Below are positions 27,981 through 40,900 of a stretch of DNA of 64,000 bases, one piece after another (position 1 is the first letter of the stretch; each line of letters begins with the position of its first letter). The notes beneath the pieces were generated by a model. That model was not told the DNA's origin and did no database searches. It saw only the letters and a program-made list of their open reading frames with translations. The position numbers and the translations under genes are program-made. Where the stretch lies: NCBI GenBank assembly GCA_964016885.1, contig OZ024750.1:8742001-8806000 (forward strand), given 5' to 3'. Origin of the DNA: Eledone cirrhosa (Eukaryota).

Positions 27981-28770
27981 GTATATGTGTGTGTGTGTGT
28001 TTGTGTCTGTGTAGTTAGAGATGGGAGGAAGTATTCTTACCGTCTTTAAGAGCATCTAAGGCTCCAAGTCAGAATACAGCAGATTTCTTCCAGTAACGTT
28101 AGTCCAAACACCCATCGGGGGAACCCTCATTTCGGCCGCTTCTATTCGCGATCGTATTCTTTCGGTTCTCGCCCAAGATAAATAAACTAAGATATAAAAT
28201 AGTTGGGTCTGTTCCATTTGGCTGCCATATTTCTAATTTAGATGTCCATTCATACGAATCATTAGATTTCATGATTTCACCTTTAAATAAGTTTCAACAA
28301 TAATGATAGACATGTATTAAAATACAGCTACAGTATCTTTTTATATAAAGGATATTTTTAAAACGTCTTTTTATATTGAATAAAACATGTTATTATTAGA
28401 TGTGATTCAGAAATAACTTTGTACAGTTAAACGTTGGGAAATTTTCCAAAGGACTAAATGAAGGGAATCATTATGTTTACGACAGAATGCAAGAAAAATA
28501 TCGCTAGAGGGTGTATTGAATTGATAGCAGCAACAAAAGGGAAATTAAATGGCGACTAAACTAAATATTAAATACATTTGAAATACATAGGTAATAATAT
28601 AGATAATGATTTTAAATAATTAGCTTGAGGCGCCACATTTGTGAGAATTGAAAAGAAACCACGCATGTATAATCTTTTGTTGTTTTGCTTCAGGTCAGTG
28701 ATGATTACAAATTTTATTATTAAAGCTATTCTCGGCCCTTGTGGACAATAAATGAAATCATTATTAAAGC

Positions 28771-28949
28771 TGGATTGGCAGTATCGGTAGAGGGTCGGAT
28801 GCCATGCTTTCTAGCATAGTTACGTCCCTTTACAGTCTGAGTTCAAACCCTGCCGAGGTTAACTTTGCCTTTCATCCTTACGGGGTTGATAAAATAAAGT
28901 ACCAGTAATGTACTGGGTAATTGCTGGCCTTGTGCCTAAAGTAGAAACA
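28771..28949 (+). mobile_element. SINE family A, TSD attattaaagct
   Basis: Near-identical to the 49023 copy; TSD on both sides. Confidence 0.92.
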
Positions 28950-29287
28950 ATTATTAAAGCTATATTCTAATAATAATTGACCCATCTGTTTCATGTACAG
29001 AGAACCAATGGTCATATTATCCACATAATTTACTCTCCATGACATATAAATTATATCTAACCTCATTGTATAGTTTTGGTCGACTAAATTAACAACACAG
29101 ATTTCGTATTCCTTTTTTGTGTGGGGTGGGGTTAGTTTTACATATGTCATCAGATCTGGGTGGGTAAAAGACAAATACAATCACAAAGATATCTGACCAC
29201 AGGACTTAAATGTTTGTAATTTGATATTGAAAGATGTGTTATATAATAGCTTATAGATATTACCGATCAATTCATACTATTAATATA

Positions 29288-29498
29288 ATGGTTTCTTATA
29301 TAAGCACAAGGCCAACAATTTGCGGTGGGAGCGAGGAAAGTCGATTAAATCGACTCCAGTGCGTGACTAGTGCTTTATTTTATCGATCCCGTTAGGATGA
29401 AAGGCAAAGTTAACCTCGCCGGGATTTGAACTCAGATCATAAAGGACCGTAACTTTATGCTGCAAAGCATGGCGTCCCACCATCTACCGATACTGCCC
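29288..29498 (-). mobile_element. SINE family A, TSD atactattaatataat
   Basis: Reverse complement of the family A consensus. Confidence 0.9.
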
Positions 29499-29714
29499 TT
29501 ATACTATTAATATAATAAAAGTGGATTGAATCAACTGTAAAAAGAAATGTTATTTTTTTAAATGACCATTATAATGTAAGTAGACAAGCTTAACTAATTG
29601 ACGAGGCGGTGACGGCTTTAGAAAATAAAAGACGTGTTATCTAATGTACATATTACTAAACAGATTGGGTGGTCACGGCTAAAAGGATTTTGATCGTATA
29701 GTTCCTGAATCAGT

Positions 29715-29982
29715 GGAGGCACATGGCCTAGTGGTAAGGGTGTTGGACTTACGATCATAATGTCGTGGTTTCGATACCTGGGTTAGGTTGTCTTCCTGAA
29801 CAAAACACTTCACAGTACACTCAGCTGAAAATGAGTACCAGCAATAGCTGGGGGTTAAAACCTGCGATAAGCTGCCGTCCTGTCCCGGAAAGGGAAGTCT
29901 TGTACTCCCAGTCGCTTCACGCCATGGAACCGAGATAAGCACTGTCCTGACGAGCCTCTGGCTTGAGACAGACTTTAGATTT
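29715..29982 (+). mobile_element. tRNA-derived SINE family B
   Basis: A box tggcctagtgg, B box ggtttcgatacc, CORE-like ctgaacaaaacactt, and a short tttaga repeat tail. Confidence 0.85.
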
Positions 29983-30342
29983 AGAGCTGCTCAATCAAGG
30001 TTCTCCTAGTACCGAACAACAACTTAGACCTAAATGACATTTGACTGTTTATTTGTTGCAGCTTCTTTTTAAAGTTGATGACTACTAACACACCTCTGAG
30101 ATCGTCACACTACATTCGCCTCTAAATATTGACTTTATATTATAGCAATGATTGACGAGGTTTTTGTTTTAAATCCCGAGGCAAATACGAATTCTGCCAG
30201 TACTAGATCATAAATTATTAATATGTTTGAGATATGAGTGCATTATTAAGTCTCATGATTTTTAAAAGAATAAGATATATGCGTTAAATGATTTATTTCT
30301 AGATTCAAAACATTAGCAGTAGAATCACTATTAGCATTATCG

Positions 30343-30582
30343 TGGAGCAGTTGATTGGTGGTATAGGTAGAGGGTCGGACAATATGCTTTGGAGCATAGA
30401 ATTACGGCCCTTTACGGTCTGAGTTCAAATCCCGCCGAGGTTAGCTTTGCCTTTCATCCTTACGGGCCCGATTAAATAATGCACCAGTAATATAATGGGG
30501 TAGATTTATTCGACTGCCCCACAAAAACAAATAAATTAAAATAATAATGTTGGCCTTGTGCCTGCCTCAATTAGAAAAAATT
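30343..30582 (+). mobile_element. SINE family A
   Basis: Family A head, core and tail. Confidence 0.88.
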
Positions 30583-30854
30583 ATCGTAAGCTTTTCTTCG
30601 ATAGTTGAGGACAACTCTTCGTAAGTAATGCTGATTTTCTAACTATCAAAATTAAATTAACCATATCGATCAACAGAATGAGATATATTAACCCAGATCA
30701 TATTAAAAGATCGAATGTTATCGATAATGTATTTTTCCTCCAAAAGATCATTTTGGGTTGTTTTAATTTTTTTTTTTTTAGTAATTTTCTTTTGAATGAA
30801 TAGCAGGAAATGAACTGAAAAGTTTGCTGATGTCTCCTGGTAGTTCGATATCTA

Positions 30855-31215
30855 CTCTCAGGTCTTAAATAATGGCCCACCTCTTATTAATTTTTCAGGT
30901 AATCATATAACCACCTCCAACCCCACTGCTTATCAAATTTTGCTAATCTATTTCCGGCAGAATTTTATTGTGACTTATCTTGCTACAGCAGCTGGAGAAT
31001 CTAATGGCAAATTTATGGAACATTAAAAAAGCAACATTGTATATGACAAAAGCAAGAACATTACAGGAAATCCCATATTTATTAACGTACACTATACAAT
31101 TACCGGTCCTCCACCTCCTTTTATCCCAACCCTCTCGCTTATAAGAAATGTCCAACCAAACACCCTCCTCCGCTTATACCCCCCCCCCCCCCTACCGTTA
31201 TTTGGGACTCGAGAG
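30855..31215. mobile_element. Tc1/mariner-type MITE with TA TSD
   Basis: TA|ctctcaggtcttaaataatgg ... ccgttatttgggactcgagag|TA, ~21-bp imperfect TIRs. Confidence 0.75.
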
Positions 31216-32201
31216 TAGATAATGAAAGGATATTTATTTTCTAGGAGATGCCATGTATTTCGTTTCTTCGTTTTGTGAGTATCGTATTAGTTAGTTTTAA
31301 CTTTCTGAATTATGTGCTGTGGTTCTGACAGGATTAACCTTACTTTAAATTCTGAAGATGTACATAAGAAGATGAAAGGTCTGTATAATAACACTTCATG
31401 TGGATTTTGTTTGGATTAAGTCTAGTTATATGATTACCTAAATTTTAGATTCTGGGAATTTCAAATTACTGTGTGAGTAATTTGAATGTGTGAACATTGT
31501 TATTTTTAATTGGTTGGAATATTTCATAGAGAGAAACTACTTATCTATCATTTACTAAACTGTTCTGTGACAATAACCAGGAAATATCAAGAAACGAACA
31601 GCTTGAAGAAATAATTTATACTTATTTGCTGAGAAACCCTTCACTAACATGTTAGAATGTCAAATTATTATTTTTAATCTAGATTTCACTACAATCCAAC
31701 CGTTATTAAACTTCTGTGTGACATCTTGACAGAACCCTGATCTATATTAAACATTTGTAGATATTATTATATTTTCATTAATCTCAAGGATACCATGACG
31801 TCTAAAGCCTGGGATATAGTCATTAGACTTGCGTTTGACTCCGAGAAATGTTTACTTAAGTAGTCATTCAGCTTATGAATAAGGGAGAACATCGATTGTT
31901 AAGAACTCTTTCAGTTAATATGTAGTAAAGAGGTGACATGAATTTAATACATTTATTTGGTTCAACGGTCAAAATTGGTGCAGGCAATTTGCCCAATTAG
32001 AGCATACACATGACTATATCATTCAATTCATCATTTGAAATGCGAGGTTGCTTGAGCCTGTCTTCTAAAGACATATATTCGATCAAATTGGTCACTGCCT
32101 GTTAGTTATAGAAATATTGATTTATATAGAAAGAAACATTTGACTAAACATCATTAAACATAAGCATAAACACAGACACATATTTACACACACAAATACC
32201 C

Positions 32202-32232
<31 letters not shown>

Positions 32233-32237
<5 letters not shown>

Positions 32238-32465
32238 CCATAGTTAATAAGTTACTCAATACATTAGTTGAGTTTAAACATCAATATTAATATTGAATTG
32301 GCTTCTACCGGACTAGAACTCTATATATATAAATATATATATAGGCTATTTATTCCGGGTTGAATCGAAGATAACCACAGTAAGTAAGGTACTCAATACA
32401 TAGCTGATGATTTCTCATGAATGAAACAGTTCTAGCCATGTAGAAGCTCTTCTATATTAATATGT
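32233..32465. mobile_element. Two Penelope-like pLTR fragments (family P1); hammerhead core at 32404-32435 (+)
   Basis: tag-CTGATGA-tttctcatgaat-GAAAC-A-GTT-cta. Homologous to 48710-48915 and 51900-51972; embedded in (TA)n. Confidence 0.75.
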
Positions 32466-33650
32466 ATATATATATATATATTCAAGATAGACGAGACGAA
32501 CACTGAGTTCATTGACACAAACTTTGGAGAAAGGCGATGTTGGTAGGCTGGAAATGTTTTTGCCAGGATATATATATATATATGTATGTATGTATATGTA
32601 TGTGTGTGTGTGTGTGTGTTTAAGTATATATGTAAGTATTCGAAGACCTTCCATCTAACAATTTCCATTCAGAACACATTACTCAAGAATAATGTAGAGA
32701 AGACATATACCCAAGTTAGTGTATGATTGATCTCTCTTCAAATAATATTTTTTCATCGCCGTCTTTGTAATCTCACAGCTATTTATGCTATTTCCCTTCC
32801 TAGAATAAATACTAAAATAGATATCAAATGAATGTAGAAAACATATTTCACGAAAACAATGTTCTTCGCCTCGTTTTACACCGTTAAAAATATACAAACA
32901 TATACATGCTAATGTAAAACAAAACTATAAATATTTATAAACAATTTGTATGTTTTGAAAAGGTGTAAAATTACAAATTGTTTGTTATTCGTTGGTTATT
33001 AAGTATTTATTTTTTAGTATGTGTTCGGTTGTTAAACGATATTAACTCATTCAATGTTTCGGTTTACTACAGAATGTGCTACATTAAAATTAAATCCATA
33101 TTATCTAGTTTACAAAGATTTCTAAATTTGGTTCAAATTTTATAATATTTGTGATAAACTGGCAATCAAGATGGCTGTGATTTCAATTGCCACCACTTAT
33201 AACTATAACTATGAATCTAAAATATCAACTCATGGTGTGTGGCTTGGTAAAATGTTCGCCATATTTGTTATCCGATAAAAACTATGATACATTTCGTTGT
33301 AATCGCCGTAAATATTTATAAAACCGTAAAATAAATTTAAAAAGAATCGGATGATATATAAATCATTATGATAGATAGAATAAGATTCTGTCCTTTTATC
33401 CTCGAATTCTTTGTTATCTATTAGGAACCCCATAATATTTATTGCATTATTCTACACCATAATATATGTGCCATGCTTCTAGTACAGGATTATGTTCCTT
33501 ATAAAGAATTATTGTGGGTTGGTTAAAAGAAATAGTTAAGGTGAAATGTTGAAATATATATATATAATGAAATACAAGCCAACAGTTTGGAATTCACTTC
33601 ATTTATTTATTATATAATTTATATAATCGTTGTTTCATATATATATATAT

Positions 33651-34172
33651 AACAAAGAGGGTGTGGTAAGTTGTCAGGTGGACTATAACGCATCAGAGTG
33701 CTCAATACTTAGCGTAGTAGAAAATATATATATGAAAAAGGCCAGGACCCCGACGGCTGATCTCCGGCAGTTTCGACAGCTTAGTTCGGATCTAGCTGTC
33801 GAAACGGCCGAAGCTCAGCCGTCGGAGTCTGACCCTTTTCATATATATATATATATATATAACGAAGGAAGTGTGGTAAGGAACCAGATGGACCATAACG
33901 CACCAGAGGTCTCAATACTTAGGGTAGTAGAGTGGGTAATAGAAAAATGGGGTCTCGAACATTTTCCTATATATATATATAACGAAGGAAGTGTGGTAAG
34001 GAAGCAAGTGGACCATAACGCACCACAGTACTCGATACTATGGGTAGTAGAGTGGGTAATAGGAAAAGAGTGAGGACCCCGACGGCTGAGCTCCGGCCGT
34101 TTCGACAACTGTTCATAACTACCTGTCGAAACGGACCGAGCTCAGCCGTCAGGGTCCCGACTCTTTTCCTAT
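33651..34172. mobile_element. Cluster of Penelope-like pLTR copies (family P2) with two fold-back hairpins
   Basis: Three related units start at 33651, 33861 and 33981, separated by TA runs. Hairpins at 33724-33850 and 34059-34172 contain GAA-ACGGC[9]GCCGT-C. Confidence 0.85.
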
Positions 34173-34810
34173 ATATATATATGGGGGTGGGTGTACATAT
34201 TGACTTTTGACGAATTGGCTCAAGGTTATAAAGGAAGAGTAGGTATTCTTCATTCTCATTAATTCTTCAAGTTATGTTATCCTCATATACAAAATGCACT
34301 TATAATATCTCGTAGATTTTCCAACGGACTTTATTTGAATTTACAATTATCTACGGCAGCTAATTATAATTCTTTATTTTTATACTTCTCGATATTTCGA
34401 TATTTTCTTCCAGATGTAATCTGTTGGCAACATCTGCTAAGGTAAAGTTTACTCTGTGATCTTCTATGTTCCAGATTAATTCCATGTTGTATTAATATAT
34501 ATTCAGTGCTGTTTAATGAGACTGATAATTTTCGCACGGGAAATTAATCGATAATTTTATCCTTATAATAAAACCAATATTGAGAATCTATTGTGAAGAT
34601 GGATATGTATAAATTTATCTTAATATTGAACACTCACGCCCAAGGTATTCCTCAATTTATCAATATCAGTTCCATGGGATAAACGTGCAAGATTTAATCA
34701 CCACACCTATCAAACTAATAAACGTTTTACATTATTATTTTAATACTTTCTAGAAAATAAGAATGTTTAATGTTTTATTGCACTCTCTCTCTCTCTCTCA
34801 CATATTTTTT

Positions 34811-34892
34811 GTTTTCCAAGAGAATGTATACAGACTTCAACAGCATTCTAATAAATAACTAAAGTGTGTATACATTTTCTTGGAACACCCTA
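34811..34892. mobile_element. Tiny Tc1/mariner-type MITE remnant
   Basis: 24-bp inverted arms ttccaagagaatgtatacagactt / aagtgtgtatacattttcttggaa; right end caccctaTA. Confidence 0.55.
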
Positions 34893-34900
34893 TATATATA

Positions 34901-35088
34901 TAATTGTTTCTACTTTAGGCACAAGGCCAGCAATTAACCAGTGCATTACTGGTACTTTATTTTATCGACCCCGTAAGGATGAAAGGCAAAGTTAACCTTG
35001 GCGGGATTTGAACTCAGAAAGGCAAGGGCCGTAACTCCATACGTCAAAGCATGGCGTCCGACCCTCTACCAATACTGCCAATACACCC
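34901..35088 (-). mobile_element. SINE family A
   Basis: Reverse complement of the family A consensus. Confidence 0.92.
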
Positions 35089-35914
35089 TATAAAAATATA
35101 ATGTAAGTGTGTGTGTGAGAGAGAGAGAGAGAGAGGTATTAAAGAAGAAAACAACTAGAAGTTTCAGGTTTAAAGTACAGATTCACCAGCTGCCCATGTA
35201 ACTACTAAACTATATGAAAAAAAAAAGCATGTATACATCTAATAGTCAGGATTAGACACAATGACAAAAGAAATATGTAATATAAACTAAGCTTCAATAA
35301 AGATATATAAATAAAGCCAAATATTAAAAACTAACAGATATATAGCTTCCTAGACACAACGGGGAAAAAGACATTAAAGGGGGTGAAGATGATTCAAGAA
35401 AAGCACAAAGGTTTTTAAAAACTGTTAGTTCAAGATTTCAGATATTTATGTATCTTTTTATGTCAGCCATCTGGTAGCCAAAGAGTGGTAGACGTACAAA
35501 CCAATAAAAGATATACTCTCTTCTTTTTATTTCAATTCTAAATCAAATTTCCAAATTATTGAAAACGGAAGTAAAAGGCGGATGGTTCGTTGCTGTGGTT
35601 GCGGAATCATGCGCGTCAACAAAAATGAAAGACGACACTTTCTACGATGTTGAATGATTTACTATAACCGGGAGAGGTCGTGTTCTTCGCATCGAACATG
35701 TGTCAGTGTACACTATGATAGTGTGTTTTTTTTTCTTTTGGAAGGTGGTCGTTCTCAATAGTGGGTTGACAGCCATTTTATACATATGTATTACATTGTC
35801 TTACGACCATCAGGTTCGACATCGAACAGAGGGTACAGAAACGAACACAACAATAACAATGAAAACTTCCTCTAAATTCATAGTTGAGAAACAATAGCAC
35901 AGAATCCTGTCGCA

Positions 35915-36058
35915 ACAGTGCTTCCAAATTAGAAATGCATCGTTGTGAAAAAATGAACAACTGCTCGTCAGATTCAGGAGACATTTGATTTGATTTGGTC
36001 CAGCAGTTTGAGAATGCATAGAAACAGACAGACAGTGACAAAGAATTTTATATAGAGA
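35915..36058 (-). mobile_element. Helitron-like 5' end
   Basis: Minus strand tctatataaaattctttgtcactgtctgtctg...aactgctggacca has the same layout as the 4046 Helitron head; 3' end not located. Confidence 0.4.
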
Positions 36059-36103
36059 GAGATAGCACTAGGTATGCCATGAACGACACCACATCTTTTT
36101 AAC

Positions 36104-36410
36104 TTTGATTTTGAAAGTAGGTTTATAATTATTAATTTTCATTTTACTTTTGTAGCTGTCTCGGTTGCCTAGTTGGAGAAATCACAGACCGTGGTGATCC
36201 TGGTCGGGAGTAGGGTACCCGGGGAAAGCTTTTCAGTTTTTTTTTTCTATGGGATGTAAAATAAAAACTGAAAAATTTACATGTATCTCTCGACCAGGAT
36301 TGAACCCAAGACCAGGAACTCCACTGTCTCTGGTACCTACGGATAGGCCACTCAGACAGCTACGAAAAACTACTGAAAATTCATACTTATAAACCTACTT
36401 TCAATACAAA
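36104..36410. mobile_element. Fold-back element with two converging tRNA-like units
   Basis: Outer inverted repeat ttgaaagtaggtttataa (36111 / 36387-36404). Inner pairs tagctgtct/agacagcta, tcctggtcg/cgaccagga and ttttcagtttt/aaaactgaaaa. B box GGTTCAATCC on minus at 36297-36306. Confidence 0.75.
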
Positions 36411-37572
36411 ATGATTTTGAAAGTAGGATTTTAGTCTTCAAATTTATTATTACTACTATTATTACTATAACAATTGGAGTCTGTGATATACAGAATATGA
36501 TATTCAATAACGTGGAATTCTGAGTGGTATTCCATATGTTCTTCTTAATTAGAAGAAATCCAATGCAAAACTGTATTCTGTCTGTAACATATGTCTAACG
36601 AATCATTGCATTACTGTAATGATTTCTCCTGCAGCGCAAAATATGGAATACTCCACACACATTTTAACCTACTGGTATACCTTAAATTTCAATAAGCCTT
36701 CATATTTCCCAACGTTAACTTCATTCGATATTCACATGAAATATTTTCTTTAGTATAGTTATCTTGCTTTTTTACTTCCATCATGAGGAATTATAAACAG
36801 TATTTAAACATTCATAAATGATTATTTTTTATTCATAGAAAACATAAGCTTGCAATAACTGATACATGTTTATCATTTCTCTGGCTTCTTCTAAAGTTTC
36901 TAAATTAATTCGATTCTCATAACGGATAAAGAGGATTGTTTTACAATATTATCATCGCCATTGTTTTACCTTTATAGCCGCAGAAATGGCTATTCAGAAA
37001 TTACTTCAAAATGACGTGATTTCCTGTTATGTTCTACTGCGTTGCAGCTGTGCTAAGTTTCTTTCGTCTTAGATTCGAAACTACTTACACAGGTACCGTG
37101 CATAAACCCTTTTAATGGACTGTTTTGTTGTCGGATGTTAGACTTAACACGTTACTCGAGTTAACAACGACACCTATCATTTGAGTGCTGATTGTGGCGC
37201 CCTCTATCACTAATCTTTATAAACATGTATCAGATATGTTATACATTAATAATTATTTCGTCTCAAATTTTGACGTCAACAAAATCTTCATACCGTTTAA
37301 AGACACAACATGACTTCGATATCCAAATGGCTAAATATCAGTAATTCAGCACCCAGGAGTCATGACCTGGGTGCAGCCCACTCCCTTAGAGTGTAAGACG
37401 TTAGTGGTCTAAAGATTCTCTTGAAGGCGGTTTCTTCTCTGAAGACCATCTGCTCTCCTTCTGAGCTGCGTAAATACGTTGAATCAATAATTTATCAATG
37501 CAAATTTGTTAGAGATTTACATTTTAAATTAGTATTATGTTATTCCTTTTAGTATTATAATGTTAATAATAA

Positions 37573-37760
37573 GTGCGGCGGATTGGCAGTATCGGTAGAG
37601 GGTCTGACGCCATGCTTTGCAGCAAAGAGTTACGGCCCTTTATGGTCTGAGTTCAAATCCCTCCGAGATTAACTTTGCCTTTCATCCTTACGGGGTCGAT
37701 AACATAAAGCACCAGTAATACACTGGGATAGTTGCTGGCCTTGTGCCAAAAGTAGAAACA
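37573..37760 (+). mobile_element. SINE family A, 22-bp TSD
   Basis: TSD agtattataatgttaat(a/c)ataa at 37551 and 37761. Confidence 0.92.
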
Positions 37761-40183
37761 AGTATTATAATGTTAATCATAACGGAATTTATACTTGGTT
37801 TGTAAGAGACTTAATCTGAGATTGTATGTTGGACTTTAAGTATTTATATCGGAGAAGAATCACATTAAACGCACATAAATTAGTTATATTCATATATTTC
37901 TAGTTCTTAATAAAATCAAGCAGATTTCCTTTCATTTCCTTGGCCTTAAAACTGAAACAGTTTTATTGCTATTTTTGAAACTTTAAAGTTTAGGATATTA
38001 TTAAGAAATAATCCAAAATGAAGTTGTCCGGATCCTCTCCTAATATGGTTACAATTGATTCCCTCCATTGTAGTAATGGTAGAAATTAAGAAATGTACGT
38101 CGGTAGAAATTGTATATTTATATTGTAATAAATGATACAATTAGTAGAATAATAGCAGTATTGTATAGATTAATTAAGACGATTATATACTTACTCCCCT
38201 TCCAGAAATAGATGTTTAATGTACAGTTACTGTATATATATATATGAGCTGTCTAATCCCAGCTAATGTAATATATAATAAGCACATAATTGATAAAGCT
38301 TTTGCTCGTATTAAGCTACATTTTCAAAACCATTGGACAGATTATATAACTTCGGGGTGTTGAATATGCGTTATGTAATTTGGAAACGTAAAAACTATAA
38401 TAAATACCTTTAGGAAAATAAAATCATACGTTTCGTATAAATACCTAAGCTGTTGTGTTAAGAAAAGAATGAGATATATTAACCCAAATCATAATAAAAG
38501 ACCGATTGTTATCGTTAATATATTTTTCCTACAAAAGATCTACTTTTTAAAATATTTTTACAGAAATTATTATCGTGTTTTCTAATCGTAAATGTCTTAG
38601 AATACTTTATAGAAAGAAAACATGTAGCTTTAGAAATATCGATTATTTTCCTTATCACATTAGTTTAAAATCACATATATTGTTTTCTTTTAAGTGATTT
38701 ATGGAACACCATTAGGCAATAAAATAGGAGTCAATTATTTTTTATTTTGTTTTATATAAGATTGGTGAAGTAGAATAATGTGAAGTAAATACATTGTAAT
38801 ATGAAGGATATATCACTAGAATTTGATTTCAAATGCTACTGGAATCAACCTTGTCATTCATTCTCCTGAGGTGGGCCACTTATTTTCCAATGAGTATATG
38901 ACTCGGTACCAACCTAGTAAAAAACATATAGCCGAGATAAATTTAATAAAGAAGACTGAGCTACGAGAACAAAAACTATTATTTCGTTCCACATGTTTCT
39001 GGTTTCAAATCTCGCCGTATTCGATGTTGTCTGCTACAATATATGTAATATATGTAATAGTGAATTCCTAGTGTCAGCATAATATATCATATATAGATGT
39101 AAATAAAGATGTTTATCATGTTCACATTACACAGTTTCTATAGGCCTAGTTAATCAAATGTTTTTAGTATGGAGGTTTTCAACTCTGAGGGCGAAGGTGT
39201 AATGTAAAATCAAACTTTGTATGGTTTTAATTCCGAACGATTAAGGGCAAGATTACTTAAAATAATTTAGCCCTATGTTCTAATGTACTTCTAAAACATT
39301 ATAAATTAATATCTGGATTCGTGTTTTTTAAATAATGCACGAAGGCATATGATTAATAAACATGGGAGTGTTAATAAGATTGTTGCGTCTCTGAATAATA
39401 ATTCGTCATGTATCTAGTTTTGTTTTCTAATTATTTATTTTTATTTAATTATATAAGCTTTATTTACAATTGTATAAATAACATTGCAAATGGAGAAGTG
39501 GTAAAGAAGGGCAGATCTGGCTGTGTGGCAAAGTAGAATAAATGATATAAAAGCCATAAATGAGAGGAAAAGGACGGTTTTATATCTATAACTATAACGA
39601 TGCTAGGTTTTCATTAAAATTGCAATTTTCTTTAATACGAGACCGTCAGAAGTGAAATGTGTTAGCTGTTACGAGAGAAAAATTGAAATTCAGAAATAAG
39701 ATAATATCCATAAATATCCCATAGAACATTTAATTCGATACGTTTATAAATGTACAGACATTTATTGTGCACTTAGCTCGTTAAGCTTGGAGATTTCTGA
39801 TTACGTTTTGTTATTTAGATTCATTTCAAAGTTATTTATATTTCATATAATTGCACACAGCCTAACATTGTTTGATTTGTATATCGAAATCATATTGTTT
39901 AATAATCGACTAAAAAGAAAGGTCTTCTATATATTTCTGCTTTAGATAACTGCAATGATATAATGTGGGTCGTTTATGATTTTACTTAAAAGCATAATTA
40001 TTAAAAATATGACAATAGCTAGATGAAATCGTGTTCTGAAAATATGTGACTTTTTGTTTTTTTATTTCCAAAACCAATATGAACGTAATTGTTGTAAAAT
40101 AGCTTTAACTAGATATTGAAACCGGGAGATTAAATCTAGCACTATAACTTTATGCATTATTTATTACAAATAGAAGGGTGATA

Positions 40184-40362
40184 GATTGGTAGCTTTGTGG
40201 CATACAGTTACGGCCCTTTACTTTCTAAGTTCAAATTCCGCCGAGGTTAGCTTTGCCTTTCATCCTTACGGTGTCGATAAAATAAAGTACCAGTAATGTA
40301 CTGGAGTCAATTTAATCGATTTGCCCTCCGCCGCCTGGTGCCTGAATCAGAAATCCTTATTT
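40184..40362 (+). mobile_element. SINE family A (internally deleted)
   Basis: Core gaggttagctttgcctttcatccttacgg. Confidence 0.85.
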
Positions 40363-40583
40363 ATTACGAATACGATATTTTAAACACAGAATTCCTTCTT
40401 CATATTGAATGGATACGATTCTTAAGATTCAGTTCAGAGATTGTGAATTTGATTCAAGCTTGTGATAATTATGCCTATAAGTAGTATACAAAGACTACAA
40501 ATACCAGTTTCAATGAGGTAAACAGTTCTCTTATGCCATTAGAGAACTTACGCTGCGCTGTAATATATATATATATATGCGCG

Positions 40584-40652
<69 letters not shown>

Positions 40653-40656
<4 letters not shown>

Positions 40657-40900
40657 AGAAAGTGAGGTTTTCTTTTACAAAATGAAAAATAACCAAGGTG
40701 TCCTACACGAGTGAAAGTATAAAGAAAACAAGATGAAATCGAAAATGCTACTGGAGTCTTATTTTTTTTTAAATATATATATATTTATTTGGTTCCTTTA
40801 CCGGTTTCGCAGTTCTTCTGCTTTTCAGAAGTAGAGTTGAGATGGAGGGTCTGTGGTTTATCTCACATCTGTGAAAAACAAGATTGGTGGAATGGAGGAA
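40653..40900 (-). mobile_element. Penelope-like pLTR with minimal type I hammerhead (40796-40831)
   Basis: Minus strand reads ctt-CTGAAAA-gcag[aagaa]ctgc-GAAAC-CG-GTA-aag, then AATAAA, and ends at (TA)n. Confidence 0.7.

Noticed and set aside
29715-29790. tRNA genes (also 41997 and 58550)
   Set aside because: A/B boxes continue into SINE bodies and no complete cloverleaf forms.
29946-29975. CTGACGA-gcc..ggc in the SINE tail as a hammerhead
   Set aside because: Followed by ttgagac rather than GAAA; it is an ordinary SINE 3' region.
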